A stretch of 64,000 bases of DNA from Octopus sinensis (Eukaryota), in NCBI RefSeq assembly GCF_006345805.1, contig NC_042997.1, positions 108,376,001 through 108,440,000 of the forward strand. The letters are read 5' to 3'. Below the pieces are notes generated by a model. It worked only from the letters and a program-made list of their open reading frames with translations, had not been told where the DNA came from and made no database searches. Shown one piece after another: positions 49,928 through 62,557 of this stretch (position 1 is its first letter; each line of letters opens with the position of its first letter). The position numbers and the translations under genes are program-made.

Positions 49928-51145
49928 ACACACACGATCATAAAAAGCAAAAGACAGCCTAGATCCATGAAAAGTCTCCTTACACAAGCCCGAATTCACT
50001 CTTCAACACAGAAGCCGACAGTAAAAAAATGTGGAAGACCCAATTGCGGGATATGCGACTATCTAATCGAGGGTTCTGAGTTCTCCTTCAAACAGGGACA
50101 ACGGTTTACAGTGAAAAGCAACTTCACATGTGCTTCGGAGAACCTAATATACTCACTAACCTGCTCCGGGTGTCAAGAGCAGTACATAGGTCAAACAAAA
50201 AATGGTTTGCGTAAACGAATGGCCCTGCACAGATCCCAGATAAAAATTCCCCAAAACAGAAAAAATAGCTTTTAGCCAACACATAGATACTTGCGCCAAC
50301 AAAAAAACACCAAACTTCAGAATTTTCCCCCTCTACAATTTAGGGACGATACAACCTCAATAAAGTACAATAAGTAAAGAAAATCTTTATTACAAAATAC
50401 AAGCCACTTCTTAACGGGTCTACGACAAACAATTAATATACCTCAACTTAGAATAAAAGAAAAAAATATATATACACACACAAATACTACACTCCATAGA
50501 ATCCATTACTAATCAGCCCCTTCATAGCTATATTTACACCCATTCATATTCTCCCTTCTCTGTTTTTTTCTTCTTCTTCTTCTTCTCTTCTTCTTCATCA
50601 TCATCATTATCATCATCATCGGCGTCATCATCACACCATCATCATCATCTTCTCCTTCTCCTCCTTCCTTCTTCTTTTTTCTTCTTCATCATCATCATTA
50701 TCATCATCATCGTCGTCATAATCATCACCACCATCACCATCATCATCATCTTCTCCTTCTCCTTCTTCTTCTTTTCTTCTTCTTCTTCTTCTTCTACTTC
50801 TCCACCCCCTACCCTTACTTTGTCACTAATGTTTTTTAGTATACACCTACGCTAATTCTATAAACAAGCCTGTCAATATAAATATTCTCCTGAATTGAAC
50901 TGAGACTGCCAGCCGCCACTGACCATTCAAAATACGACCATCAGGGCACTCCCAGATTCTCCCACCCCCTTTCCTCACCAGCCTTCCCTCTACTACCCTA
51001 CCAAGAACTCACAACTACCTCGAACACACAAGTGCAAACAAGGGAGTCAGAGAAAGGCAGAATGCCACTTAAATGAACACTACTATAGAAATATTATTTT
51101 AAAAAAACTTTTCTTCTAATTTTTCTAAATTTAATTATCTAATCG

Positions 51146-51190
51146 TTACAGTTGAAAAGGTCTCAAAATGACCGAAACCGGTACTGAAAT
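51146..51190 (+). ncRNA. type I hammerhead ribozyme motif (right arm)
   Basis: cag-TTGAAAA-ggtc(tcaaaat)gacc-GAAA-ccgg-TA-ctg: stem II 4 bp, GAAA, palindromic stem III ACCGGT, GUA cleavage triplet. Confidence 0.75.
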
Positions 51191-51270
51191 GTTCACTATA
51201 AAATTATTTTAGCATTTTCTATTTGATTGTTTTTTATATATATCAACTGTGTGTTCCTTTTCACCCTTAT

Positions 51271-51595
51271 CACTGTGTCGGTGGCAATAAAAACACCATC
51301 CGAGCGTGGCCGTCTGCCAGCCTCGTCTGGCACCTGTGTCGGTGGCACATAAAAACACCATCCGAGCGTGGCCGTTCGCCAGCCTCGTCTGGCACCTGTG
51401 TCGGTGGCACATAAAATCACCCACTACACTCTCGGAGTGGTTGGCGTTAGGAAGGGCATCCAGCTGTGTAGAAACACTGCCAGATCTGACTGGCCTGGTG
51501 CAGCTTCGGGCTCCCCAGACCCCAGTTGAACCGTCCAACCCATGCTAGCATGGAAAACGGACGCTAATATGATGATGATGATGATGATGATGATA
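51271..51595 (+). mobile_element. RTE-family 3' end with ~62-bp units
   Basis: Unit starts tgtgtcgg at 51274, 51335 and 51397, followed by the tail. Confidence 0.9.
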
Positions 51596-52172
51596 TATAT
51601 ATATGTATGTGTAAATATATATTTAGGGATGTTGGTATATATACAAACATTTATGTATATTTGCATATATACCTATACACCTTTATATGTACACATACAC
51701 ACATATGCATATATACATATACATAAGTATATGCGTATATACATACATGGCTACATGCATGCATATAGACATAGAGATACACATATTCATACAAACACGA
51801 TGGCCGTCCACTCGTGACTGAGGAAGACCATTGCTGACCTTCAGGAACATTGTGTGCCCTAGGACTAGTCTATTATCCAACAGACTGCACACATGCCGGT
51901 GCAAGATGTCTGGTGCCAATATGAGTCGCAGGCTCAGATGTGAGAGCGCCATGATCTCTAGCACAAACCAAAGATCCATCCTGGAATTACACCATACCGG
52001 AATTACATACATATATGCATGCATAAATACATACATACATACGTACACACATACGTACATACATGCATACATACATACATGCATACATACATATATACAT
52101 ACATACATACATACATACATACATACATACATGCATGCATGCATACATACATACATACATACACACACACAC

Positions 52173-52710
52173 GTGGCTCGAATGACTTCTGATCTTAACT
52201 GATTGGAAGTGTTATCATGTACATTATTTTGTCTTGGTATAAAAGATGGACTACAGCAAATATTCTGCTCAATATCCCAAATTTGTTTGTTAGTTGTTCG
52301 ACCTTAACTAGTTGAGCATGTCCCTTAGTGGCTGACGATTTGTGCATCCCCGATCACGAGCAGAAATAGTGGGGGATCATCGTAGCCGTGTATTGAAAGG
52401 AATTCTTAGAGGTTTGAATAATTCATGTTTGGAAACATGGGTGGTTTGTTCATCATCCTTAAACAACCCTTATTCAGGGACCTTTTGAGTGAGATGGGTT
52501 ATTCAACGTGAAGAAAATTCCCACTGGGCCCACCTGCATGATCATATGCTGTTTATCTTGATATGAGATCACCGTGTCGCGCACATATGTTTGTGATGCA
52601 TGTGCCAGGTCTACCCTTATCAGATGGGTAGTCATGATGGGTACATTGGGTTTCATACATTTGTACCTCACCATCACTTTGAAGTCATGTGTTGCTGTTT
52701 CACTCAATAA
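52173..52710. mobile_element. ~550-bp non-coding interspersed element, copy 1
   Basis: Colinear and similar to 60971-61527. Confidence 0.85.
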
Positions 52711-52720
52711 TATACATGCA

Positions 52721-52762
<42 letters not shown>

Positions 52763-53049
52763 CACACACACACATTTGTATATATATGAATGTATATGTA
52801 TATACATATCTACATATACATGTGTCTGTGTGTATGTATATACACACACACACACATACACACACACACACACATACACACATACACACACACACACCTA
52901 TGTATGTATATATATACATGTATATATTCATGTCTATATTTAAAGAATATATACACCGCTTATTGCCATCTCATCCACTAAAACAAGATTTCTGGAACCT
53001 GACCTCCTTACTCCAAGCATACACACAGACATATGTGTGTGTCTGCGCA

Positions 53050-53090
<41 letters not shown>

Positions 53091-53491
53091 TGTGCATGAG
53101 TGTCCCTACTCACATGTGCGTAAGTATAAGATTGTTTACATGTTTAAATGCCTCTATTTAAAGCTTCCATATTCCACTTGATGGAATCAGAGACAAAAAC
53201 CAAACCTACTGCAATAAATGGAACCAGCACTTGTGTCACTCTCCTTGCATGCACCATTGCTGCAATTGCATCACTGTGTATGCAATGTTTCACACAAAGA
53301 ACTTTCTAAGTGCACACAGACTGCACAGTTGTACTGAGACGCATTCAAATACCTTTACGTATTCGTCTTTGTGGGCATGTACGAGCCTACATATATACAT
53401 ACACATGCATTCACACATATACACACACATACATATATACATATATACATATATATGTATGTATGTATGTATATGTGTGTCTGTGCATGTG

Positions 53492-53525
<34 letters not shown>

Positions 53526-53647
53526 TACACACATATATATATGTATATATATATATATATATATTTATAGATTAGATAGATAGATAGAGATATATACATA
53601 TGTATACATACATATATATATATATATATGTATGTATATATATAATA

Positions 53648-53685
<38 letters not shown>

Positions 53686-54012
53686 ATGTAATCATATATG
53701 TATGCTTATATTGTGTGTGTGTGTGTATGTATGGATGGATGGTTGGATGGATGTAAGTAAGCTTGTACACATGTTTCTATGTGTTTGCATGTATGTATTA
53801 TGTTTGTGTGTATATATGTACATATGAATGTATGTATGGATGGACGTTTGTAAGCATGTATGTATATATATATGTATGTATGTATGTAGGTCTTTTTGGT
53901 TCAGTGAGCAGGTAGTTCAGCATTTTTATCAATTAGGCCATTTCACTTTAACGTATATATCTTTATATATTTATCTATGTGTGTTTTAGACAAATATTTG
54001 CTGGCACACACA

Positions 54013-54050
<38 letters not shown>

Positions 54051-54296
54051 TATATTTCATATACATTAAATATATATATGTGTGTATGTGTTTGTGAGTG
54101 TATGTATGTATGTACACACACACACATATATATATATATATGTCATTTGGATATACAAATGGAGTAAAAGTACTCAATACATGTAGATGAATTTATTTAT
54201 TCATTCAAAGCTGATCATTCTCTCTGTCTCTCCTCAGACTGAAATGCCATATTCCTGCAACAAAATATAATATAGATCTTAGATAATACAGAGTTC

Positions 54297-54351
<55 letters not shown>

Positions 54352-54404
54352 GTCTCTGTCTGTCTGTCTGTCTGTCTGTCTTTCTCTCTCTCTCTCTATA
54401 TATA

Positions 54405-54457
54405 TATATATAGGTAGTTAGATAGATAAGTAGATAGATAGATAGGTATGTAGATAA

Positions 54458-54530
<73 letters not shown>

Positions 54531-54630
54531 CAAACAGATAGACAGACACATACATACATAGAAAAAGAGAGAGAGAAAGAGATATAGATAGATAGATAGA
54601 CAGATAGATAGATAAATAGATAGATAGATT
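54405..54630. repeat. (TAGA)n microsatellite
   Basis: Direct reading; a similar tract lies at 62325-62560. Confidence 0.95.
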
Positions 54631-55513
54631 TACATATATAAATATAAACATACCATATACTTATATACATATATACATATATTCATACATATGAATATAT
54701 ACAGGTAATAAATATAGAGATATATTTCAAGTTACATGAATATCTGAAAATTTAGGGATCAACTTAAAAAATACTTTGGGTTCCACCCCAACCCCCCTTT
54801 TTTTTTGTTCTTTGAAACAAAACTGAAAATTCTGTTGAACCAAAGATAAAAGAATTATATTCTTGTGGCGTGTTTGATTTCTCTTGATGTGGCATTTTAT
54901 AAGGTTTTTTTTTTCTTTTTCTCTCAAACAATCATATGTTGCTCTCAGTTTTGGCAAAAATATATTTACAATGCATTTTTAATTGCTGTTATTGGCTAGT
55001 AATTAACTCTTTATTATCTTCAGTCTTCATATATTTCTCCTCGGAATATTCAGAATCCATTTAGAGAAAAATAAAATAAAATAAAACCAAAACAAGTAAT
55101 TATTCAGAGCTTATAATATGCAGACGTTCTCTTTTCCATTGTGCATAACTAATCATAATAATAGTCTTGTATCTGGGCATCAAGATCTTTTATGTTGAGC
55201 CTCTCACAAGCAGTTTCCTCATTGGTTAAACCTCTTACAAGCAGCTTTCCCATTGGTCAAACATTATTTGCCAGCTATGTTCATACTAACACTTATTCTG
55301 CTGCCTGCATTCACAACCTTTGTTCATTTAGTTCACAGTTTTACTCTTTCTTTTCAATATTTTCTTTTATATCCATTTTGCTATTTACCAATTTAATTAT
55401 TGCTCTCACATTCCCTTCCATTTCAACCAATTTATTTACCATTTACTTCTTGCTTCTCCTTCATTTTTCTATATTTCATTGTTCCTTCTATCTACTTCTG
55501 TGTCTGTGTCAAC

Positions 55514-55933
<420 letters not shown>

Positions 55934-57190
55934 AGAGTTCTATGATGGTACTACGTCTCTCTAACCTATTGAATAATCTGCTTCTGTTCATTCAGTTCTT
56001 CCCACTTCAACCATTTATTTCCACCACTTGCCATCCTCTCCCTCTCAACTGTGTCCCTTCGTTTACTATTTTTCCTTAATTACTTCATTATCAACAAAAC
56101 AAATCAATTACAAACAAACAAACAAACAAATAAACAGGTTCTGCATCTGTTTTTGTTCTTTTTCTCGTTAATACAAGTTGTCACAGCTGCTGTCTGAGCT
56201 GGTGAGGACATCAGACGACCAGATGGACTATTAACAGCTTGTAGCAGCAGCAACAGCAGCAGCAATGGTTTGGTGCACTTACCTATACATACATGCCATC
56301 ATACACTCCACTATAAATGCATGCCATCATACAGTCCACCCAGTTGTATATGCATTCCTCCACACAGTCTACCAAGCTATCCATACACACACACACATTC
56401 CACATTAGTCCACCAAAGTACGCATACATACATAACATATACATACATAGCATACATACATACATACATACATACATACATACATACATAACATACACAC
56501 AGATACATACAAACATACATACATAACACACACACATATACATTCCACATTCGTCCACCAAAATTACGCATACATTCATACATAACTGACATACATACAC
56601 ACCCACACAAATACATACATAACACACGCACACACACACACATACAAAAGAAATCAACCAACTGATTCACACATTACATTTACAAACTGTAAGTGGAACA
56701 GTAAAAATGTGCAAGACTTTTAAAGTGCAACATTGTTTTCGTTATCTCCATTCCAACGATGGAGTGTTGTATCTTTATTAGAAGCCAGCTCTTTCCTCAG
56801 AGGAAGAATTTAAATGATTAAAAACAGAAGAGATCACACATACAATCTTTTATATACTCCCCATCTTCCCATACCATTTCCTTTCAACGTCCATCCTTCA
56901 TTCTTAACATCATTCCTCTCCACTTACATTTTACATTGATTACACTCTCTGTGCCACCAGTTATCTTTCCCTCTCCCCCTGAACTACATCCTATTGCTTT
57001 CATACTTCATTCATAGCTATCATTAATCAGTCCCTACCACCTTTGTTTCCCACTTACTACAGTCACCCCTATGTATCTCTGACAACCTCCACCCTTATCA
57101 TTATGTCTTTCTCTCTTTCTCCAATGACACACTTTACCCAGCCCACCCTACCTGTCATCTCTTTAATCAAAATCAAAGTGAAAGTTGATG

Positions 57191-57610
57191 ACGGTATTTG
57201 GCTGCCATTATGTTCTGAGTTTAAATTCCATTGAGGTTGACTTTGCCTTTCATTCTATCGGGGTCGATTAAATATGAACCAGTTATGCACTGGGATCAAT
57301 GTCATCGACTTAATCCCTTTGTTTGTCCCCTCTGTGTTTAGTCTCCTGTGGGTAAAAAAGGAATATATATTCACTCCTGCCCCATCTCTAATCCTTTCTC
57401 ACCCCATACAATCGATACCTCCCTACTCTTCTCCATCTTCTGTCTTCATTTGCCCTTCTCTTCATTTATTTCTACTTTGAAGACATGATTTCTAACATTT
57501 CCTTACCACTTCCATCTTTTTCCCAGCCCCCCCCCCTCCAATTATGACCATCCAATCACTCTTCTAAAATGTGAGGTCACCAGATACCTCCATGGACTTG
57601 TCCCTTCTAT
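57191..57610 (+). repeat. 420-bp direct duplication, copy 1 (copy 2 at 58300-58718)
   Basis: SINE 3' part plus ~250 bp of non-SINE flank, near-identical in both copies. Confidence 0.93.
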
Positions 57611-58110
57611 CACCGTGTGAGCGTGATCGTTGACAGAGTGGCTAACCGGCTTCCGTGCCAGTGGCACATAAAAGGTACCATTTGAGTGTGATTGTTACCA
57701 GCATCGCCTTACTGGCACTTGTGCCCCGTGCTAGTAGGGTGCTAAGAGCACCATCTGAGCGTGATCGTTGCCAGAGCAACAAGCAGGCCTCCGTGCTGGT
57801 GGCATGTGGAGGCACCATTCGAGTGTGATCGTTACCGGCATCGCCTTACTGGCACCTGTGCCGGTGGCATGTGTAAAAGATTCGAGCGTGGTCGTTGCCA
57901 GTACCGCCTGACTGGCCCCTGTGCCAGTGGCACGTAACAGCACCCACTACACTCTCGGAGTGGTTGGCATTAGGAAGGGCATCCAGCTGTAGAAACTCTG
58001 CCAAATCAAGATTGGTGCAGCCATCTGGTTCGCCAGCCCTCAGTCAAACTGTCCAACCCATGCTAGCATGGAAAGCGGACGTTAAACGATGATGATGATG
58101 ATGATGATGA
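57611..58110 (+). mobile_element. RTE-family 3' end with ~5 units
   Basis: Unit array then ...gcatggaaagcggacgttaaac(GAT)n. Confidence 0.9.
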
Positions 58111-58261
58111 TGCTTTCAACCCATTCTATACTGTCAGTCATCACTTCCTCTCCACTGAGCCACATCTATTCATGTTCATCCCTGCTTCTTATCTCCTTTC
58201 TCCCAAATCATATTTATCATCAACCAGCCCTTCACCACTGTTCACCATCCATTATATTTAC

Positions 58262-58475
58262 TCCTGGCAGAATCGTTAGCACGCTGGGCGAAATGCTCAA
58301 CGGTATTTGGTTGCCATTATGTTCTGAGTTCAAATTCCATTGAGGTTGACTTTGCCTTTCATCCTATCGGGGTTGATTAAATATGTACCAGTTATGCACT
58401 GGGATCGATGTCATCGACTTAATCCCTTTGTTTGTCCCCTCTGTGTTTAGTCTCCTGTGGGTAAAAAAGGAATAT
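58262..58475 (+). mobile_element. tRNA-derived SINE (family of 36290)
   Basis: Full head ctggcagaatcgttagcacgctgggcgaaatgc and the central domain. Confidence 0.85.
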
Positions 58476-59399
58476 ATATTCACTCCTGCCCCATCTCTAA
58501 TCCTTTCTCACCCCATACAATCGATACCTCCCTACTCTTCTCCATCTTCTGTCTTCATTTGCCCTTCTCTTCATTTATTTCTACTTTGAAGACATGATTT
58601 CTAACATTTTCTTACCACTTCCATCTTTTTTTCCAGTTCCCCCCTCCAATTATGACCATCCAATCACTCTTTTAAAATGTGAGGTCACCAGATACCTCCA
58701 TGGACTCGTCCCTTCTATTAAGCCCTAGCATAAAGTCACTTCACTCTTTTTACTCCATTCCCAATCAGTTGAGGGAGATCTTTAGTCTTGTGAGTTACAT
58801 GGCAACCTCACTAGTGCTGGTGCCAGGAAAAATGGGGCTCGTTCCACTCAGTAAAGGGGTTGGCATTAAGATGCACATCCAGCCATAAGAACTGTGCCAA
58901 AACAAATATTGGAACGTAACTTGTTCCTCCAGTGCATCAGATACTGTTGAACAGTTCCACCCATGACAGAAAGGAAGAGAGATGTTAAATGATGATGGCA
59001 TTACACACACACACACACATGTGTACACATGCATGCACATACTTACACTTTTCTCCATTTTGGATGAGAAATCTCATTGAAAAGTATTACCAACATTCCA
59101 TGTGGCAGGTTTGATAATTCTTGAGAGATTTCTCTCACATGGAACCATTGGTAACCCTGTTAACATATAAAGAATATTTATCCACCAATGCAGTGCTGAG
59201 CACTCATTCTCACTGTTTGATATTAGCAACCATACATACATAAATGCATGCATACATGCATGCATACATACATACATACATACTTACACGTATGCATACA
59301 TACATACATACATACATACATACATACATACATACATACATACATACATACATACATACATACATACATACATACATACATGCATACATGCATACATAC

Positions 59400-59640
59400 A
59401 GGTATGGCTGTGTGGTAAGAAGCTTGCTTCCCAACCACATGGTTCCCAGGTTCTGTCCCACTGCATGGCACCTTGGGCAAAGTGTCTTCCACTATATCCT
59501 CAGGCCGACCAAAGCCTTGTGAGTGGATTTGGTAGATGGAAACTGAAAGAAACCTATCATATATGTGTGTGTGTGTGTATGCATGTATGTATTTGCATGT
59601 CGGTGATTGTCCCTCCACCATCACTTGACCATATTCTATG
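59400..59640 (+). mobile_element. tRNA-derived SINE, 5' part
   Basis: ggctgtgtggtaagaagcttgcttcccaaccacatgg...ggcaccttgggcaaagtgtc...gccgaccaaagccttgtgagtggatttggtag. Confidence 0.88.
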
Positions 59641-60243
59641 CACCTTTTATTCATAGCTGTATTTTACTTTATTCTATCTGAGGTTCAATATTTCATGTTA
59701 TCCTAAAAGTATAACATGTTCAATCCATTTAGCTCTTTTATAAATTTCAGTAAGTAATCATTCCAGATATGAATAAAAGAGCATTTTTATAATCCAGGCA
59801 ACTTTCAAAGACAAACACGGTTCACTTTTCCCTTCATGAAATCATTGATCAGTTCAGAATAATCAATCTGAGAGCTAAGTTTGTGTTCAATAGATATCAT
59901 AGACAATCCACAAAGTTTAGTTCACATTTGTAGTTCAATGTAATATTTTTACAAGAACTTTTGCAGGTACAATGTATCACCATTTTATTTCTTGAAATTT
60001 TCAGTTAACATAATTAGTTTAATTCTTGTTCAACATCTTAACCAAAGTAAATAGATGACTCATCTATGTACTTTAATCTTAACATGGGGCCCCTCAACCG
60101 CGGAGGCCTCTTATGACTGCAGGGGTTGCAGGGGCTTAGCAACAACCATGGTGGCATCTTGAGCAAGTGTCTTCTAATTGAGCCTTGGGCCATCTAAAGC
60201 CTTGTGACTGGATTTGGGAGACAGAAACTGAGAGACCTGTCGT

Positions 60244-60302
<59 letters not shown>

Positions 60303-60329
60303 ATATATATATATATGATATATTATATA

Positions 60330-60745
60330 TATATACTCTTTACTCTTTTACTTGTTTCAGTCATTTGACTGTGGCCTTGATGGAGCACCGCCTTTAGTTG
60401 AGGAAATCGACACCCAGGACTTATTCTTTGTAAGCCTAGTACTTATTCTATTGGTCTCTTTTGCTGAACCGCTAAGTTACGGGGATGTAAACAAACCAGC
60501 ATTGGTTGTCAAGCGATGTTGGGGGGACAAACACAGACACACAAACACACACCCATATATATACATATATATGACGGGCTTCTTTCAGTTTCCGTCTACC
60601 AAATCCACTCACAAGGCTTTGGTCGGCCTGAGGCTGTAGTAGAAGACACTTGCTCAAGGTGCCCCGCAATGGGACTGAACCCGGAACTATGTGGTTCGTA
60701 AAGAAGCTACTTACCACACAGCCACTCCTGCGCCTATACACACAC
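60330..60745 (-). mobile_element. full-length tRNA-derived SINE (~410 bp)
   Basis: Head ggcgcaggagtggctgtgtggtaag...gggttcagtccc, central ggcaccttgagcaagtgtcttc, internal microsatellite, 3' end ...cagtcaaatgactgaaacaagtaaaagagta. Confidence 0.9.
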
Positions 60746-60970
60746 ACACACACACACACCACACACATATACATATATTGCTTCTGTAAGTTTGTTTATG
60801 GTAAACGTTTTTGAGTACACACATAAAAGCTCTTATGTTATTATGTCAGCTATGGCCCAGTGATTCCAACTTGCAACAACAATTTTATGGGTTCATCCCA
60901 AGCAGGGCCAATATAGCTGAATAAATATAGTAAAAGTAATAATAATAATAATAATAATGATAATTAAATA

Positions 60971-61526
60971 AATGCCCTGATGCAGTACCAGGCAGTGGCT
61001 CTCATGGCTTCTGATCTTAACTGATTGGAAGTGTTATCATGTACATTGTTTTGTCTTGTATAAAAGATGGGCTACAGCAAATATTCTGCTCAATACCACC
61101 AGATTTGCTTGTCAGTTGTTTTGGCCTTAACCAGTTGAGCATGTCCCTTAGTGGCTGACGATATGTGCATCTCTGATCACGAGCAGAAGTAGTGGGGGAG
61201 CATCATGGCCATGTGTTGAGAGGGATTCTTTGGGGTTTGAATAATTCACCTCTGGAAACATAGGTGTTTCGTTCAACATCCTAAAGCAACCTTATTCAGG
61301 GACCTTTTGAGCAGGATGGGCTACTCAACCTGAAGAAAATTCTAACTGGGCTCCACCTGCAAGGTCATGTCTGTTTATCTTGATATGAGATCACCATGTC
61401 GCGCACATATGGTTGTGATGCATGTGCCTGGTGTACCTTTATCAGACGGGTAGTCATGATGGGTATATTGGGCTTCGTATATTTTACCCCAGTGTCACTT
61501 TGATGGCATGAACTGCTCTCTCACTC

Positions 61527-61527
<1 letters not shown>
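60971..61527. mobile_element. ~560-bp non-coding element, copy 2, embedded in (TAA)n
   Basis: (TAA)n on both sides (60936-60963 and 61527-61577); homologous to 52173-52710. Confidence 0.85.
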
Positions 61528-61570
<43 letters not shown>

Positions 61571-61994
61571 TAATAATCCAAGGAACCTATAAATATTTTA
61601 ATGTTTTGCTAGGTGTGTTTCCACAAATCACATGGTTTTTCTGACCATAGTCTGCATATATATATTCGCCATACTGGACTGCTGAAATCTACAAGTTTTT
61701 TTCATTCTCTCTCTATTTCTTTTCTCTTATTCCTTTCTATTGATTAAAGAGTGAAGGCTCGAAATGTAAATGACTTTTTCATTTTCATGAACATCAAACT
61801 AACACACTTGCTTGTTGTTCATACACCTCTCTTTGTCATTTGTTTTTCTATAAATTTCAACTATATAGGTCTCCTGCTTCTGAAAGTAAAAGACCACTTT
61901 TTTTTCCTTCTCTAAGCGTCTATTTAATACTTAGCATGTACCATGTCCTCACATTGTTGTTTTTTCTTGTTATCTTTTTCTCCATTTTTTTTTA

Positions 61995-62310
61995 TTAATT
62001 ATATATATATATACATTTGAGCGTGGTCGTTGTCAGTGCTTCTGGACTGGCTCCCATGCAGGAAGCACATAAAAAACACCTTTTGAGCATGGTCGTTGCC
62101 AGAACCGCCTAACTGGCTCTCGTGCTGGTGGCACGTAAAAGCACCCACTTCACTCTTGGAGTGGTTGGCATTAGGAAGGGCATCCAGCTGTAGAATCTTT
62201 GCCAGATCAGATTGAGCCTGGTGCAGCCTCTGGCAAACCAATCCTCAGTCAAACCGTCTAACCCATGCCAGCATGGAAAGCGGACGTTAAACGATGATGA
62301 TGATATATTG
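61995..62310 (+). mobile_element. RTE-family 3' end
   Basis: Units and tail as in the other copies. Confidence 0.88.
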
Positions 62311-62320
62311 ATAGACAGAC

Positions 62321-62359
<39 letters not shown>

Positions 62360-62399
62360 TAGATAGACAGACAGACAGACAGATAGACAGATAGATAAG

Positions 62400-62470
<71 letters not shown>

Positions 62471-62495
62471 GTAGATAGATAGATAGATAGATAAG

Positions 62496-62557
<62 letters not shown>

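Larger units (their letters stand above)
47521..51235 (-). mobile_element. Penelope-like element (C-terminal GIY-YIG, Neptune-like linker) with ~1.3-kb inverted terminal arms, flanked by (TA)n
   Basis: Arms 47521-48856 and 49928-51235 are reverse complements; (TA)n lies on both outer sides; the RT+EN ORF is on the minus strand. Confidence 0.95.

Noticed and set aside
49928-49999. N-terminal 24 aa of the 530-aa ORF as a real start of the PLE protein
   Set aside because: It is antisense read-through of the inverted arm. The RT is 5'-truncated at ~49927, so the copy is not a complete autonomous element.
49874-50275. Standalone GIY-YIG nuclease gene
   Set aside because: It is the inverted duplicate of the PLE C-terminus, with an additional frameshift.
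56178-56234. DH C-terminal-like peptide LSQLLSELVRTSDDQMDY
   Set aside because: In-frame TAA follows and splice signals are ambiguous; cannot be supported without RNA data.
57611-57950. CRISPR-like repeat/spacer pattern (also at 34110-34400, 38870-39120, 47230-47490, 29570-29780)
   Set aside because: The 'spacers' are homologous to each other, the arrays are part of an RTE LINE 3' UTR, the context is eukaryotic and there are no cas genes.
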